DNA from: Parcubacteria bacterium RAAC4_OD1_1
GTDB taxonomy: Bacteria; Patescibacteriota; Minisyncoccia; Phycocordibacterales; UBA9973
Reading direction: 5' to 3'
Length of the DNA stretch: 64,000 nucleotides
Assembly (NCBI GenBank): GCA_000505065.1
Contig: AWSN01000001.1
Span: 385-64,384, forward strand
In this document: one piece after another, positions 12,196 to 21,850 of the stretch
Numbering within the stretch: the stretch's first letter is position 1
Layout: each line of letters opens with the position of its first letter
Made by a program: the position numbers and the translations under genes
The notes under the pieces: model-generated
The model's input: the letters and a program-made list of their open reading frames with translations, nothing else
What the model was told of the DNA's origin: nothing
Databases searched by the model: none

Positions 12196-12306
12196 GTCTT
12201 GGTGATTCGTCGCAGTGGCCACACCTCTTTCCATTCCGAACAGAGAAGTTAAGCACTGTAGAGCTGATGATACTCAATTTAGGGGAAAGTAAGCAGTCGC
12301 CAGGAC
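12196..12306 (+). rRNA. rrf: 5S ribosomal RNA
   Basis: ...CCACACCTCTTTCCATTCCGAACAGAGAAGTTAAGCACTGTAGAGCTGATGATACT...GGGGAAAGTAAGCAGTCGCCAGGAC. Terminal helix GTCTTGGTG/CGCCAGGAC. Confidence 0.85.
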
Positions 12307-12342
12307 AGAGTAATGGAATTTTTTTATTGAATAAAAATAACA

Positions 12343-12384
12343 AAACCCCATACTTGGGAGCTCAGCTCCCAAGTATGGGGTTTT
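12343..12384 (+). terminator. long hairpin AAAACCCCATACTTGGGAGC-TCA-GCTCCCAAGTATGGGGTTTT terminating the rRNA unit; core is REP-1
   Basis: 19-bp perfect stem with A-run/T-run flanks. Central 21 nt are identical to the palindrome copies at 32.8 and 33.0-33.5 kb. Confidence 0.65.
12353..12373. repeat. REP-1 palindrome copy 1 (CTTGGGAGCTCAGCTCCCAAG)
   Basis: Exact 21-mer. Four full copies plus one partial copy in the window. Confidence 0.8.
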
Positions 12385-12436
12385 GACTTTTGTATTTTAT
12401 GGGTATATAAAGTAGATAAATTTAAAATATATTACC

Positions 12437-13009
12437 ATGAAAACATTTGCTATTTTAGGAGCAATTGTTTCTCTAATTGGAGATATTTTATTATTGAAAT
12501 TATTATTAAAAAAAAGATACATAGATCAGAGTTTTCTAACTTTTCTTCTTTGGGGATTTATGGATGGTATAACATCTATAATAATATTTAGAGAAAATGG
12601 AAATTTTTTATTACCATTTAGTTGTTCTCTGGGGTCGTTTGTAATTTCTTATTTTCTTTTATCAAAAGATAGTTTTTCTTTTGGCAAAGAAGAATATTTT
12701 ATATTGGTCTTATCTTTCTTGTTTATTTTTATTTGGTTTACTTTTGGAGGAATTGCAGGAATAATTGCTTCATCTTTAGCTTTATTTTTAGCTAGTATTC
12801 TTCAGATAAAAAAATCTTGGAAAAACCCTAGATCAACTCCAACTTCTGTTTATATTATTTTTCTTTTTTCCACAATATTGTCATATTTGGGTGGAGGAGA
12901 GGATTTTATAAAAGAAAGATTATATTCAGTTGTTGCTTTTTTAATAATATTTTTAATAATAATTTCTTCTCAGAAGAGAAATATTGCTAAGTTTATTGGG
13001 GACTTATAA
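12437..13009 (+). CDS. hypothetical polytopic membrane protein (190 aa)
   Basis: Five or six hydrophobic segments. No recognisable motif. Confidence 0.45.
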   Translation: MKTFAILGAIVSLIGDILLLKLLLKKRYIDQSFLTFLLWGFMDGITSIIIFRENGNFLLPFSCSLGSFVISYFLLSKDSFSFGKEEYFILVLSFLFIFIWFTFGGIAGIIASSLALFLASILQIKKSWKNPRSTPTSVYIIFLFSTILSYLGGGEDFIKERLYSVVAFLIIFLIIISSQKRNIAKFIGDL

Positions 13010-13067
13010 ATCCGTTCTTGTGAAAATGAGGCGGATTTTTGTTTATTTATGTGATATAATAATTATT

Positions 13068-13844
13068 ATGTCATGGGCAAGCAAAAGAAAAACTTTATAT
13101 GTGAGTATTGTTTTGGGTATTATAATAATAATAATTTTTGCCTTTATTTATCCTGTTATATTTAAAGAGCCAACTTGTCGTGATGGAAAACAAAATGGAA
13201 GTGAGACGGGGATAGATTGTGGAGGTGCTTGTTCTTTGGTTTGCAAAGAAGAATCAAGAGATCCTGTCGTTTTGTGGAGTAGGGCTTTTCCTGTAATAGA
13301 TGGAAATTATAATTTTGTTGCTTTAGTTGAGAATAAAAATAGGGATGCATCTCTTATGGAGGTTTCTTATGAATTTAAAGCTTATGATTCTTCTAATAAA
13401 TTTATAGGAAGAAGAGAAGGGAAAACTTTTCTCCCACCTAATGAACGTTTTGCTATTTTTGAGCCGAGATTTAAGGCTCTCGATGGAGAGATTAAAACTG
13501 TTTCTTTTGAGTTTGTACCTCCTTATGTTTGGTTTAAAAAAGAACCCAAGATACAGTCTTTACCTATAAAGGTTGATAATATAACTCTTGAAAACGAATC
13601 AATTTCTCCACTTTTGCGTGCTCGAGTGGTCAATGATTCTAATTACGATTTACCTTCTTTTTCTGTTGTTGCTATAGTTTATAATATAGATGGCAATGCT
13701 ATCAACGTATCTAAAACTGTTAAAAATGGAATAAAAAGTGGGGAAAGTATAGAAGTTTATTTTACTTGGCCCGTACCTTTTTTAGAAACGGTAGTTTCAT
13801 TTGATGTTTTACCTTTGTTTGATCCTTTCACCTTACCTTTTTAA
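13068..13844 (+). CDS. hypothetical N-terminally membrane-anchored protein with Cys-rich segment (TCRDGKQNGSETGIDCGGACSLVCKEE)
   Basis: The track start at 12984 is TTG. The first ATG at 13068 gives MSWASKRKTLYVSIVLGIIIIIIFAFIYPVIF (signal-anchor). Confidence 0.45.
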   Translation: MSWASKRKTLYVSIVLGIIIIIIFAFIYPVIFKEPTCRDGKQNGSETGIDCGGACSLVCKEESRDPVVLWSRAFPVIDGNYNFVALVENKNRDASLMEVSYEFKAYDSSNKFIGRREGKTFLPPNERFAIFEPRFKALDGEIKTVSFEFVPPYVWFKKEPKIQSLPIKVDNITLENESISPLLRARVVNDSNYDLPSFSVVAIVYNIDGNAINVSKTVKNGIKSGESIEVYFTWPVPFLETVVSFDVLPLFDPFTLPF

Positions 13845-13848
13845 TAGA

Positions 13849-14988
13849 ATGATTCAAAATAAAAATATTTTTAATAAAATTTCATCAGGAATAGATTGGC
13901 CTCTTATTATTTTTATAGCTCCAGTTTTAGTTTTTGGGCTTATTACAATGAATTCTTTTACTGGGGAGTCTTTACTTTTTAATCATCAGCTTATCTGGAT
14001 AGGGATATCTTTTATAGTTTTATTTTTTCTTTCTTTTTTTGATTTTAGATTTTTAAAAAGGACAGATGTTTTGGTTTCTTTATTTTTATTCTTTTCTTTT
14101 CTTTTAATACTTTTATTTTTTATAGGGCATATAGCTAAAGGTGCTCAATCCTGGTTTTCTTTTGGTGGATTTTCTTTTCAACCATCAGATATGATGAAGC
14201 TTGTCGTAATTCTTATGCTTGCTAAATACTTTTCTCGTAGGCATGTAGAGATAGAGAACTTCAAACATCTTTTTATATCAGGTCTTTATGCTTTCATACC
14301 ATTTCTGTTGGTTTTTCTACAACCAGATTTTGGTGGAGCGATAATTATTTTTCTAATTTGGTTTGGGATGATACTTGTTTCTGGTGTATCTAGAAAACAT
14401 CTTTTAGTTATTTTAAGTATTTTACTTATTTCTTTTGGTTTACTTTGGGGTTTTGTTTTTAAGTCTTATCAAAAGGCTAGAATTATAAGTTTTATTAATC
14501 CAATGTCTGATCTGCAGGGTTCGGGGTATAATGTATATCAGTCTACTATTGCTGTCGGAAGTGGACAGGTGTTTGGGAAGGGAGTAGGATTTGGGACACA
14601 GTCTAGATTGCAATTTTTACCAGAGTATGAGACAGATTTTATTTTTGCAGCATTCTCTGAAGAGTGGGGGTTTGTTGGTGTGATAATTTTATTTATCTTA
14701 CTTGGACTTATTGTATGGAGAATACTACATATATCAACACTTGGAACTTCAAATTTTGAAATTTTGTATGGGGCAGGATTAGCTATTTACCTTATGAGTC
14801 ATTTTATTATTAACATAGGGATGAACATAGGGCTTATGCCTGTCACGGGTATAACCTTACCATTTATGAGCTATGGGGGGTCGCACTTACTGACAGAATT
14901 CATAGGAATTGGTATATTGATGGGTATGAGTAGATATAAGAGAGTAGCTCATAAAGATGATATGAGAAACGAATTTTTAGGAATATAG
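13849..14988 (+). CDS. SEDS-family peptidoglycan polymerase (FtsW/RodA)
   Basis: 10 TM segments. ...QPSDMMKLVVILMLAKYFSRR...QPDFGGAIIIFLIWFGMILVSGV...GSGYNVYQSTIAVGSGQVFGKGVGFGTQSRLQFLPEYETDFIFAAFSEEWGFVGV... are canonical SEDS motifs. Start chosen after the upstream stop (13844). Confidence 0.85.
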   Translation: MIQNKNIFNKISSGIDWPLIIFIAPVLVFGLITMNSFTGESLLFNHQLIWIGISFIVLFFLSFFDFRFLKRTDVLVSLFLFFSFLLILLFFIGHIAKGAQSWFSFGGFSFQPSDMMKLVVILMLAKYFSRRHVEIENFKHLFISGLYAFIPFLLVFLQPDFGGAIIIFLIWFGMILVSGVSRKHLLVILSILLISFGLLWGFVFKSYQKARIISFINPMSDLQGSGYNVYQSTIAVGSGQVFGKGVGFGTQSRLQFLPEYETDFIFAAFSEEWGFVGVIILFILLGLIVWRILHISTLGTSNFEILYGAGLAIYLMSHFIINIGMNIGLMPVTGITLPFMSYGGSHLLTEFIGIGILMGMSRYKRVAHKDDMRNEFLGI

Positions 14989-14997
14989 TTGATATTT

Positions 14998-15056
14998 CCA
15001 TAGGTCCGACCTATGGACAAAGTTTTAAAATAAAAGCCCATAGGTCGGACCTATGG
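14998..15056. repeat. REP-3 doublet: two inverted copies of palindrome CCATAGGTC(C/G)GACCTATGG (14998-15016 and 15038-15056) separated by 21 nt (REPIN-like)
   Basis: The two units are reverse complements of each other, differing only at the central base. The stem CCATAGG/CCTATGG is shared with REP-2 at 61 kb. Confidence 0.6.
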
Positions 15057-15098
15057 AAACAAATAAAAATTCTCAAAGTAAGGCTTTGGGAAAATAAT

Positions 15099-15929
15099 AT
15101 GCAAATTATTGATGGACGAAAAATTAGAGATGAGATTTTAGAAGACTTAAAAAAAGAAGTTGAAGAGCTTTCTTTTATGCCAATTTTCTGTGATATTTTA
15201 GTAGGGAGCGATTCAGTTTCAGCGTCTTATGTTCGTATAAAAGCAAAGACTGCTGAATCTATTGGTATAAAATTTAGAACCGCAGAATTTGATGAGAATA
15301 TAACCACTGAAGAGCTTATTGCTGAGATAGAGAATCTAAATAAAGTTCCTTATATGTGTGGAATTATTGTTCAGCTTCCTCTTCCTTATCATATAGATAG
15401 AGAAAGAGTTTTAAATGCCATTGATCCTAATTTAGATGTGGATTGTTTAGGAGAAATCGCCAACAATAAATTTTATAATGGGGAAGATGTGATGGGGTAC
15501 CCCACAGCGCTTTCTTGTATGCATATACTTGATAATTTAAATTTAGATTTAAAAGAAAAAAATATTTTAGTTTTAGGACAAGGAAAATTAGTTGGTCTTC
15601 CAGTCTCATATCTTTTAAAAGAAAGAAGTTTGAATGTGAATGTTGTAAATAGTAAAACCGAAAATACAGAAGAATTAATTAAAAATGCAGATATTATAAT
15701 TTCTGCTATTGGGCAAGGTGGTTATATAAAAGGTGATATGATTAAAAAAGATGTGATTATAGTAGATGCAGGGACTTCTGAAGACAATGGCTCTGTGGTG
15801 GGGGATGTGGATTTTCCATCTGTTTCTCTTTATGCATCTCATATTACTCCTACTCCTGGTGGAGTGGGGCCTATTACAGTTGCAATGCTCCTTAGGAATG
15901 TATTACAAGTAGCAAAGAATAAAAAATAA
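15099..15929 (+). CDS. folD: bifunctional methylenetetrahydrofolate dehydrogenase/methenyl-THF cyclohydrolase
   Basis: MQIIDGRKIRDEILEDLKKEVEEL...YVRIKAKTAESIGIKF...PLPYHIDRERVLNAIDPNLDVDCL...GGVGPITVAMLLRNV. Confidence 0.9.
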   Translation: MQIIDGRKIRDEILEDLKKEVEELSFMPIFCDILVGSDSVSASYVRIKAKTAESIGIKFRTAEFDENITTEELIAEIENLNKVPYMCGIIVQLPLPYHIDRERVLNAIDPNLDVDCLGEIANNKFYNGEDVMGYPTALSCMHILDNLNLDLKEKNILVLGQGKLVGLPVSYLLKERSLNVNVVNSKTENTEELIKNADIIISAIGQGGYIKGDMIKKDVIIVDAGTSEDNGSVVGDVDFPSVSLYASHITPTPGGVGPITVAMLLRNVLQVAKNKK

Positions 15930-15931
15930 TT

Positions 15932-16456
15932 ATGAATAATGATATATTTTTTTTATTATATAATTTATCTCACAAAAATTATTTTTTAGATAAATTTTTT
16001 ATTTTTTGTGCAGAATATTTTATCTTTGTGGTTGTTATTTTTTTGTTTTTATTTATTTTTATAAAACATAAAAATAATATTAGAAATGGTTTAAAAAAGA
16101 TTATTTTTATAATATCTCCAGCTGCAATAGGGTGGGCATTTACTGATGTACTTAAGAGTATTTTTGATACACCAAGACCATTTATGGTTTTTGAAGAAGT
16201 TAAACCAATATTTTTACATGGGGGATTGGATTCTTTTCCATCTGGACACTCCACTTTTATGGCAGCGCTTTCTTTGTCGGTATTTTATTTTAATAAAAAA
16301 ATAGGAATTACATTTTTTATAGCAACTTTAATTATTGGTATTTCGAGAATTATCTCAGGGGTTCATTTCCCGATCGATATAATAGGAGGATTTTTTATAG
16401 GAATTATATTTACATTTATTTTTGAAGAAGCATTTAAAAACAGAAATAAGTTTTAA
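15932..16456 (+). CDS. PAP2-family phosphatase (undecaprenyl-diphosphatase/lipid phosphatase-like)
   Basis: KSIFDTPRPF...SFPSGHSTFMAALSL...SRIISGVHFPIDIIGG is the PAP2 tripartite motif. Confidence 0.75.
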   Translation: MNNDIFFLLYNLSHKNYFLDKFFIFCAEYFIFVVVIFLFLFIFIKHKNNIRNGLKKIIFIISPAAIGWAFTDVLKSIFDTPRPFMVFEEVKPIFLHGGLDSFPSGHSTFMAALSLSVFYFNKKIGITFFIATLIIGISRIISGVHFPIDIIGGFFIGIIFTFIFEEAFKNRNKF

Positions 16457-16472
16457 TTTTTTGGGATAATAT

Positions 16473-16507
16473 AAAACCCCGCGAATGTAATCGTTCGCGG
16501 GGTTTTA
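16473..16507 (+). terminator. rho-independent terminator AAAACCCCGCGAA-TGTAATCGT-TCGCGGGGTTTT
   Basis: 9-bp GC-rich stem with A/T flanks. Confidence 0.65.
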
Positions 16508-16614
16508 GGAGATTATTTTTATTTATAAGTATATTATACCATATTTATTAGTAAAAATCAATATATAGATTTTTAATTGATTTTTAATGGAAAAAGGGCT
16601 AAAATAGGCCTATT

Positions 16615-18030
16615 ATGTGGAAAATAAGAATTAAAGCTTTGGTTATATTAATAATTGGTGTCGGTATCGGTTTATTCGTTTATCAATCAGAAATGAGTAG
16701 TAAGATACTTACTTCTAGTAAAGAAAGTGGAGAAGTTGTAACTGATCCTTTTAAATGGACTGCGAGATTTCCATTTAAATTAGGACTTGATCTTTCAGGT
16801 GGGACACATTTGGTGTATAAAGCAGATGTATCACAGATAGAACAATCAGGAATAGCTGATTCTATGAGTGCACTTCGTGATGTTATTGAACGCAGGGTTA
16901 ATGCTTTTGGTGTCGGAGAGCCTAGTATTCAAATTCAAAATAGTGGATTTTCAAATCAAGGAGAAGAGCGTCTTATTGTTGATCTTCCTGGGGTGACTGA
17001 TGTTTCAAAAGCCATAGAAATGATTGGTCAAACTCCAATGCTTGAATTTCGTACAGAAAATCCAAATACAGATATTGTCACTCAGAACGTTAAGGTTGAT
17101 GAAAACGGTAATGCTTTTATTGATTCAAATATACAATATCTTAGCACAGAGCTTACAGGGAAATATCTTGATAAGGCATTACTTGAATTTGATCCTACAA
17201 CAGGAGAGCCTATAGTTTCTCTTATTTTTGATAGTGAAGGTTCAAAGTTGTTTGAAAAAATAACAAGTGAAAATGTCGGCAAAACAGTTGCAATATTTTT
17301 AGATGGACAAGTTATTTCTGCTCCTGTAGTCAATGAATCAATCTCTGGAGGGCGCGCTCAGATATCTGGAAACTTTACTCCAATAGAAGCAAAAACTTTA
17401 GTAGGAAGGCTTAATTCGGGAGCACTTCCAGTACCTATTTCACTCATTTCAACAGAAACAATTGGACCATCTTTAGGTGGAGAAGCTACGGAAGCTGGAG
17501 TAAAAGCAGTAATTATTGGATTTCTTGCTATAGCAATATTTTTAGTATTTTGGTATAGATTACCAGGATTGGTTGCTATTATTGCACTTTCTATGTATGT
17601 AATTGCAATGCTTGCAATATTTAAACTTGTTCCTGTCACATTGACGGCTGCCGGAATTGCTGGATTTATTATTTCTATCGGTATTGCTGTTGATGCAAAT
17701 GTTCTTATCTTTGAACGTATCAAAGAAGAGCTTCGTAGTGGAGATGGAGTTGGGGATTCAATTCATCATGGATTCAAGCGTGCATGGCTTTCAGTTAGAG
17801 ATTCAAACATCTCAAGTATTATCACAGCTATAATTCTTTACTGGTTTGGAACTTCTCTTATAAAAGGATTCGCTCTCGTTTTCTTGATTGGAGTAATCGC
17901 TTCTCTTGTTTCTGCTGTTTCTGTCACAAGATTATTTCTTTATGCTCTTGATATCAAAAAGAAAAACAAATTTACAGAATTTATTTTCGGGTCGGGTTTT
18001 AGTAATGCTAAACAAGTTATTAAAGCCTAG
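16615..18030 (+). CDS. secD: protein translocase subunit SecD
   Basis: LGLDLSGGTHLVYKAD...VIERRVNAFGVGEPSIQ...TETIGPSLG...SIHHGFKRAW... Confidence 0.9.
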   Translation: MWKIRIKALVILIIGVGIGLFVYQSEMSSKILTSSKESGEVVTDPFKWTARFPFKLGLDLSGGTHLVYKADVSQIEQSGIADSMSALRDVIERRVNAFGVGEPSIQIQNSGFSNQGEERLIVDLPGVTDVSKAIEMIGQTPMLEFRTENPNTDIVTQNVKVDENGNAFIDSNIQYLSTELTGKYLDKALLEFDPTTGEPIVSLIFDSEGSKLFEKITSENVGKTVAIFLDGQVISAPVVNESISGGRAQISGNFTPIEAKTLVGRLNSGALPVPISLISTETIGPSLGGEATEAGVKAVIIGFLAIAIFLVFWYRLPGLVAIIALSMYVIAMLAIFKLVPVTLTAAGIAGFIISIGIAVDANVLIFERIKEELRSGDGVGDSIHHGFKRAWLSVRDSNISSIITAIILYWFGTSLIKGFALVFLIGVIASLVSAVSVTRLFLYALDIKKKNKFTEFIFGSGFSNAKQVIKA

Positions 18031-18053
18031 CTTTATAAACTTAACTTAATTAT

Positions 18054-18941
18054 ATGTTTATTGTAAAAAATAAAAAAATATTTGTAATAATCTCTGCTGT
18101 TTTAATTATCCTATCAATCTTTTCTATAAGTTATTTTGGAATAAATTTTGGAATAGATTTTAGGGGAGGTTCACTTCTTGAAATAAAATATGAAGGGATA
18201 AGACCAGACCAAAAATCTGTCGAAGAATCAATAAAAAGTTTATCTTTAGGTGGTGCCATTATTCAGCCAATGGGGGGAGATGGCTATAGTATCAAAATGA
18301 AAGACCTTACAGACGGAGAGAAGAATTTAATTTTAGAATCTTTGGGTAAAGATGCATTAGAAGAAAGTTTTACTTCTATCGGTCCATCTGTTGGAAATGA
18401 GCTTGTTAGGAAATCAATAATTTCTTTTATTCTTGTTGCTTTAGGGATAATCTTTTGGATAGCATTTTCTTTTAGACAAGTTTCAAAACAAGTTTCTTCT
18501 TGGAAGTATGGAGTAATAGCAATCATAGCTCTTATTCATGACACTATTATACCTACTGGAATCTTGGCATTTCTTGGATATTTGAATGGATTTGAAGTTG
18601 ATACTTTATTTGTTGTAGCGATACTTACAATACTTGGACTTTCTGTTTCAGATACTATTGTGGTATTTGATCGTATTAGAGAAAATATTAGAATTGGACA
18701 TTTTAAAACTTTTGAAGAAACAGTAGGGAATAGCTTGAAACAAGTTTATAAAAGATCACTCGCTACTTCTTTTACTGTCATTGTGGCGCTTCTAGCACTT
18801 GTATTTTTTGGTCCAGAAAGCACTAGGATGTTTTCCATAATTCTTGCTATTGGAATGTTTTTTGGGACGTATTCATCTTTGTTTTTGGCAAGTCCACTTT
18901 TAGTGATGTGGAATAATTTTCAGAATAAAAATAATAAATAA
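18054..18941 (+). CDS. secF: protein translocase subunit SecF
   Basis: GIDFRGGSLLEIKYE...LIHDTIIPTGILAFLG...VVFDRIREN... Confidence 0.9.
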   Translation: MFIVKNKKIFVIISAVLIILSIFSISYFGINFGIDFRGGSLLEIKYEGIRPDQKSVEESIKSLSLGGAIIQPMGGDGYSIKMKDLTDGEKNLILESLGKDALEESFTSIGPSVGNELVRKSIISFILVALGIIFWIAFSFRQVSKQVSSWKYGVIAIIALIHDTIIPTGILAFLGYLNGFEVDTLFVVAILTILGLSVSDTIVVFDRIRENIRIGHFKTFEETVGNSLKQVYKRSLATSFTVIVALLALVFFGPESTRMFSIILAIGMFFGTYSSLFLASPLLVMWNNFQNKNNK

Positions 18942-18961
18942 TAAATTATAAATACGGATAA

Positions 18962-18994
18962 GGTCCCGCCCCAGCCTTTGGCTGGGGCGGGACC
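18962..18994 (+). terminator. hairpin GGTCCCGCCCCAGCC-TTTG-GCTGGGGCGGGACC after secF
   Basis: Perfect 14-bp GC-rich stem. Weak T tail. Confidence 0.5.
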
Positions 18995-19055
18995 CTGTGT
19001 TATAATGGATATATAATATTTAAAGTCGTTTTATTAATTTAATTTTTGAAAATTT

Positions 19056-19622
19056 ATGATAGTTTTATATATAATTTTAGGTGTTATAGTTTTACTTGGA
19101 TTTTATTTGGTTGCTAAATATAATGGTTTTATTACTCTTAGAAATCGTACAGAGGAAGCTTGGGCAGATATTGATGTACAGCTTAAGCGTCGTTATGATC
19201 TTATTCCAAATCTTGTAAATACAGTTAAGGGTTATGCATCACACGAGAGTAGCGTTTTTGAAAAGGTAACAGAAGCTCGCGCTAACTCAATTAATGCTGA
19301 AGGAAAAGGAGATAAAGCAGGTATCGCACAAGCAGAGAATATGCTCTCTGGAGCGCTCAAATCTTTGTTTGCTATTGCAGAAGCTTACCCAGATTTAAAA
19401 GCCAATACAAACTTCCTAGAGCTTCAAAAAGAGCTTGCTGATACAGAGAATAAAATAATGGCTTCACGTAGATTTTACAATGGTAATGTCCGTGATTTTA
19501 ACACTGGTGTTCAAATGTTCCCAGCAAGTATCGTAGCTTCTATGTTTAATTTTAAAGCATTAGAATTCTTTGAACTTGAACAAGACGATATTGCAAAAAA
19601 TCCAGTTGAAGTTAAGTTTTAA
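19056..19622 (+). CDS. lemA: LemA family protein
   Basis: N-terminal TM, then KYNGFITLRNRTEEAWADIDVQLKRRYDLIPNLVNTVKGYASHE...RRFYNGNVRDFNT. Confidence 0.8.
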   Translation: MIVLYIILGVIVLLGFYLVAKYNGFITLRNRTEEAWADIDVQLKRRYDLIPNLVNTVKGYASHESSVFEKVTEARANSINAEGKGDKAGIAQAENMLSGALKSLFAIAEAYPDLKANTNFLELQKELADTENKIMASRRFYNGNVRDFNTGVQMFPASIVASMFNFKALEFFELEQDDIAKNPVEVKF

Positions 19623-19624
19623 AT

Positions 19625-20518
19625 ATGGCGACACTTTATACACATCAAGGACAAAATGTTAGAAAAACATGGTTACTTATGACTACGTTTTTCATCATAG
19701 TTATTGCAATAGGATTTATTTTTGCAAGGATTTATGATAATGCAAGTATCCTTGTTTTCTTTGTTATCTTTTCTGTTTTGATGAATATTATAAGTTATTG
19801 GTATTCTGACAAGATTGCACTTTCTTTAGCTAAAGCTCATCCTGTGACTCGAGAAAAATATTTTGATTTATATAATCTAGTAGAAAATTTATCTATCACA
19901 GCAGGGCTTCCGATGCCTAAGATATATGTGATAGAGGATTCTTCTCCAAATGCTTTTGCAACAGGGAGAAATAAAGATCATGCAGTGGTGGCTGTGACAA
20001 CAGGACTTTTGGCAATTCTTAATAAAACAGAATTGGAAGGTGTGATTGCTCACGAGCTTGCTCATATAGGGAATAAAGATATGCTTGTTTCTACTGTGGC
20101 AGTTGTTTTGGCGGGGTTTGTCTCTATTATATCTGATATGCTTATTCGCGGGGCGATATTTGGTGGAGGAGATAATGATAATCGTGGTAATGGAATTATC
20201 GCTATTGTGGGGATTTTAGTTGCTATACTTGCACCTATTTTTGCGACTTTAATTCAATTTGCAATTTCAAGAAAAAGAGAATATTTGGCTGATGCAACAG
20301 GAGCTTTGCTTACGCGCTACCCAGAAGGACTAGCTTCTGCACTTGAGAAGATATCTTTAAATGCAAGACCTATGAGAGTCCAGTCAGGTGCAATAGCTCA
20401 TCTTTATATTTCTAACCCAAAAGGGGATGGAGCTTTTGCTAAAAAAGTTGGTCATTTATTTTCTACACATCCTCCTGTTCTAGATAGAATAAATAAATTA
20501 AGAGGAAGTTTAAGCTAA
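19625..20518 (+). CDS. htpX: M48 zinc metalloprotease HtpX
   Basis: Four TM segments. HELAHIGNKDM (HExxH) and ...EYLADATGA... (distal E). Confidence 0.85.
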   Translation: MATLYTHQGQNVRKTWLLMTTFFIIVIAIGFIFARIYDNASILVFFVIFSVLMNIISYWYSDKIALSLAKAHPVTREKYFDLYNLVENLSITAGLPMPKIYVIEDSSPNAFATGRNKDHAVVAVTTGLLAILNKTELEGVIAHELAHIGNKDMLVSTVAVVLAGFVSIISDMLIRGAIFGGGDNDNRGNGIIAIVGILVAILAPIFATLIQFAISRKREYLADATGALLTRYPEGLASALEKISLNARPMRVQSGAIAHLYISNPKGDGAFAKKVGHLFSTHPPVLDRINKLRGSLS

Positions 20519-20627
20519 TTTTGCTTTTCTTTAAATTTCTAGTATTATAGGACCCAGATGTTCTTCGTATATTCTAATATCAATTTATTGATATTAGATC
20601 AATATTACCTTCTTTTTGGAAGGTATT

Positions 20628-20714
20628 GGAGAGGTGCGTGAGTGGTTTAAACGGCAGTCCTGGAAAGACTGTGTATGAGAAATCGTACCGGGAGTTCGAA
20701 TCTCCCCCTCTCCG
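20628..20714 (+). tRNA. tRNA-Ser (anticodon GGA), long variable arm, no encoded CCA
   Basis: GGAGAGG-TG-CGTGAGTGGTTTAAACGGCAG-TCCTGGAAAGACTG(anticodon loop CT-GGA-AA)-long extra arm TGTATGAGAAATCGTACC-GGGAGTTCGAATCTCCC-CCTCTCC-G. Close to E. coli tRNA-Ser. Confidence 0.85.
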
Positions 20715-20785
20715 CAGAGTCGTGCTAGCACGAGATACCTAGAAAATAGCTCCTTGAAAGGGCTATTTTTTGTTATAATAAAAAT

Positions 20786-21850
20786 ATGAATTCAGAAGTA
20801 AAAAACGATTATATCGAAAAAGCCTTAAATGAACTTATTACCGAAATTGGAGTAAAAGATTTTGCAGATGAAGATAAATTAGTTTATCTTATTGAATATA
20901 AAAAAGTAAAAGAAGCAATAAAAGAAATTGCTTTGTATTTGGGATTACCTATTGAAGTAAAAATTTCTTATGTCCCAAAAGGATATCGTCCAACAGGTAA
21001 TGATGGTTTTTCTAGTACACATCTTGTAAAAACAGATAATTACAATAGAGGTGTCGGTGGAATAACAGCACAAGTTTCTATTCCATCAAATTTACCTTTT
21101 TATGGAACACCTAGTATGGTCAACTTTCCTATAAATGTTAAATTAAGTGAAAATTGTGCAGAAAACCCAAAAACTCTCATATCTATAATGGCGCACGAAT
21201 TATCTCACATCGTATTAAATTCAATGTGGCATAAAGAAAAAGAAAATGAATTTTATACAGATCTAACAGCAATGATTTTAGGATTCGCAAAGATAATGAA
21301 AACTGGCAGAAAAGTTGTTAAAACGACCCAAGTTTTAAATACTATACACACAGAAACTACAACTTATGGATATCTTTCAGATGATAATTTTAAATATGCA
21401 TTTGATAAAATAAAATTAATATTGAAAAAGCAAAAAGCTGAAGTAAGATCATTAAAAAGAGATGCTGATAAATTTAGTTTAAAATTGAAGGAAGCAAAAA
21501 AGTATTCTCAATATTTTAATAAATATCTAGAGTATTTAGGTAAAAATCCTAGTAATAAAATTTCACAAGAAGATGGACAAAAAATAAGTTCATTTTATCA
21601 GCATGACTATACTGGAAATTTTCAATCATTTATTAATAATAATGATCTTTTAGTCAAAGACGTATTAAAATATTCAGAAAATATTAAAACTTATTCAGAC
21701 AGGAGTATTGAAATGGTTAAAAAATACAAAAGACAAATTGAGTCTTCGTTTTTAGAATTAAATAAACAAAAGCTTTTAATTAAAAAAGATGTTGACTTAT
21801 TAGGTAAGTATATTGGATTTTTTGGTAAAATAAAATTATATTTTAAATGA
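20786..21850 (+). CDS. hypothetical protein with HExxH motif (MAHELSHIVLNS...), possible metallopeptidase-like; cargo gene 1
   Basis: 354 aa. Single HELSH motif followed by a coiled-coil-rich C-terminal half. No secretion signal. Confidence 0.5.
   Translation: MNSEVKNDYIEKALNELITEIGVKDFADEDKLVYLIEYKKVKEAIKEIALYLGLPIEVKISYVPKGYRPTGNDGFSSTHLVKTDNYNRGVGGITAQVSIPSNLPFYGTPSMVNFPINVKLSENCAENPKTLISIMAHELSHIVLNSMWHKEKENEFYTDLTAMILGFAKIMKTGRKVVKTTQVLNTIHTETTTYGYLSDDNFKYAFDKIKLILKKQKAEVRSLKRDADKFSLKLKEAKKYSQYFNKYLEYLGKNPSNKISQEDGQKISSFYQHDYTGNFQSFINNNDLLVKDVLKYSENIKTYSDRSIEMVKKYKRQIESSFLELNKQKLLIKKDVDLLGKYIGFFGKIKLYFK

Noticed and set aside
16554-16595. Inverted repeat AAAAATCAA...TTGATTTTT upstream of secD
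   Set aside because: Composed almost entirely of A/T in an AT-rich genome. Not distinguishable from chance.
20577-20602. 12-bp perfect palindrome TCTAATATCAAT/ATTGATATTAGA and hairpin ACCTTC-TTTTTGG-AAGGT just upstream of tRNA-Ser
   Set aside because: It could be a tRNA promoter or regulatory element. It is AT-rich and short, so the call is too uncertain, and it is mentioned only here.
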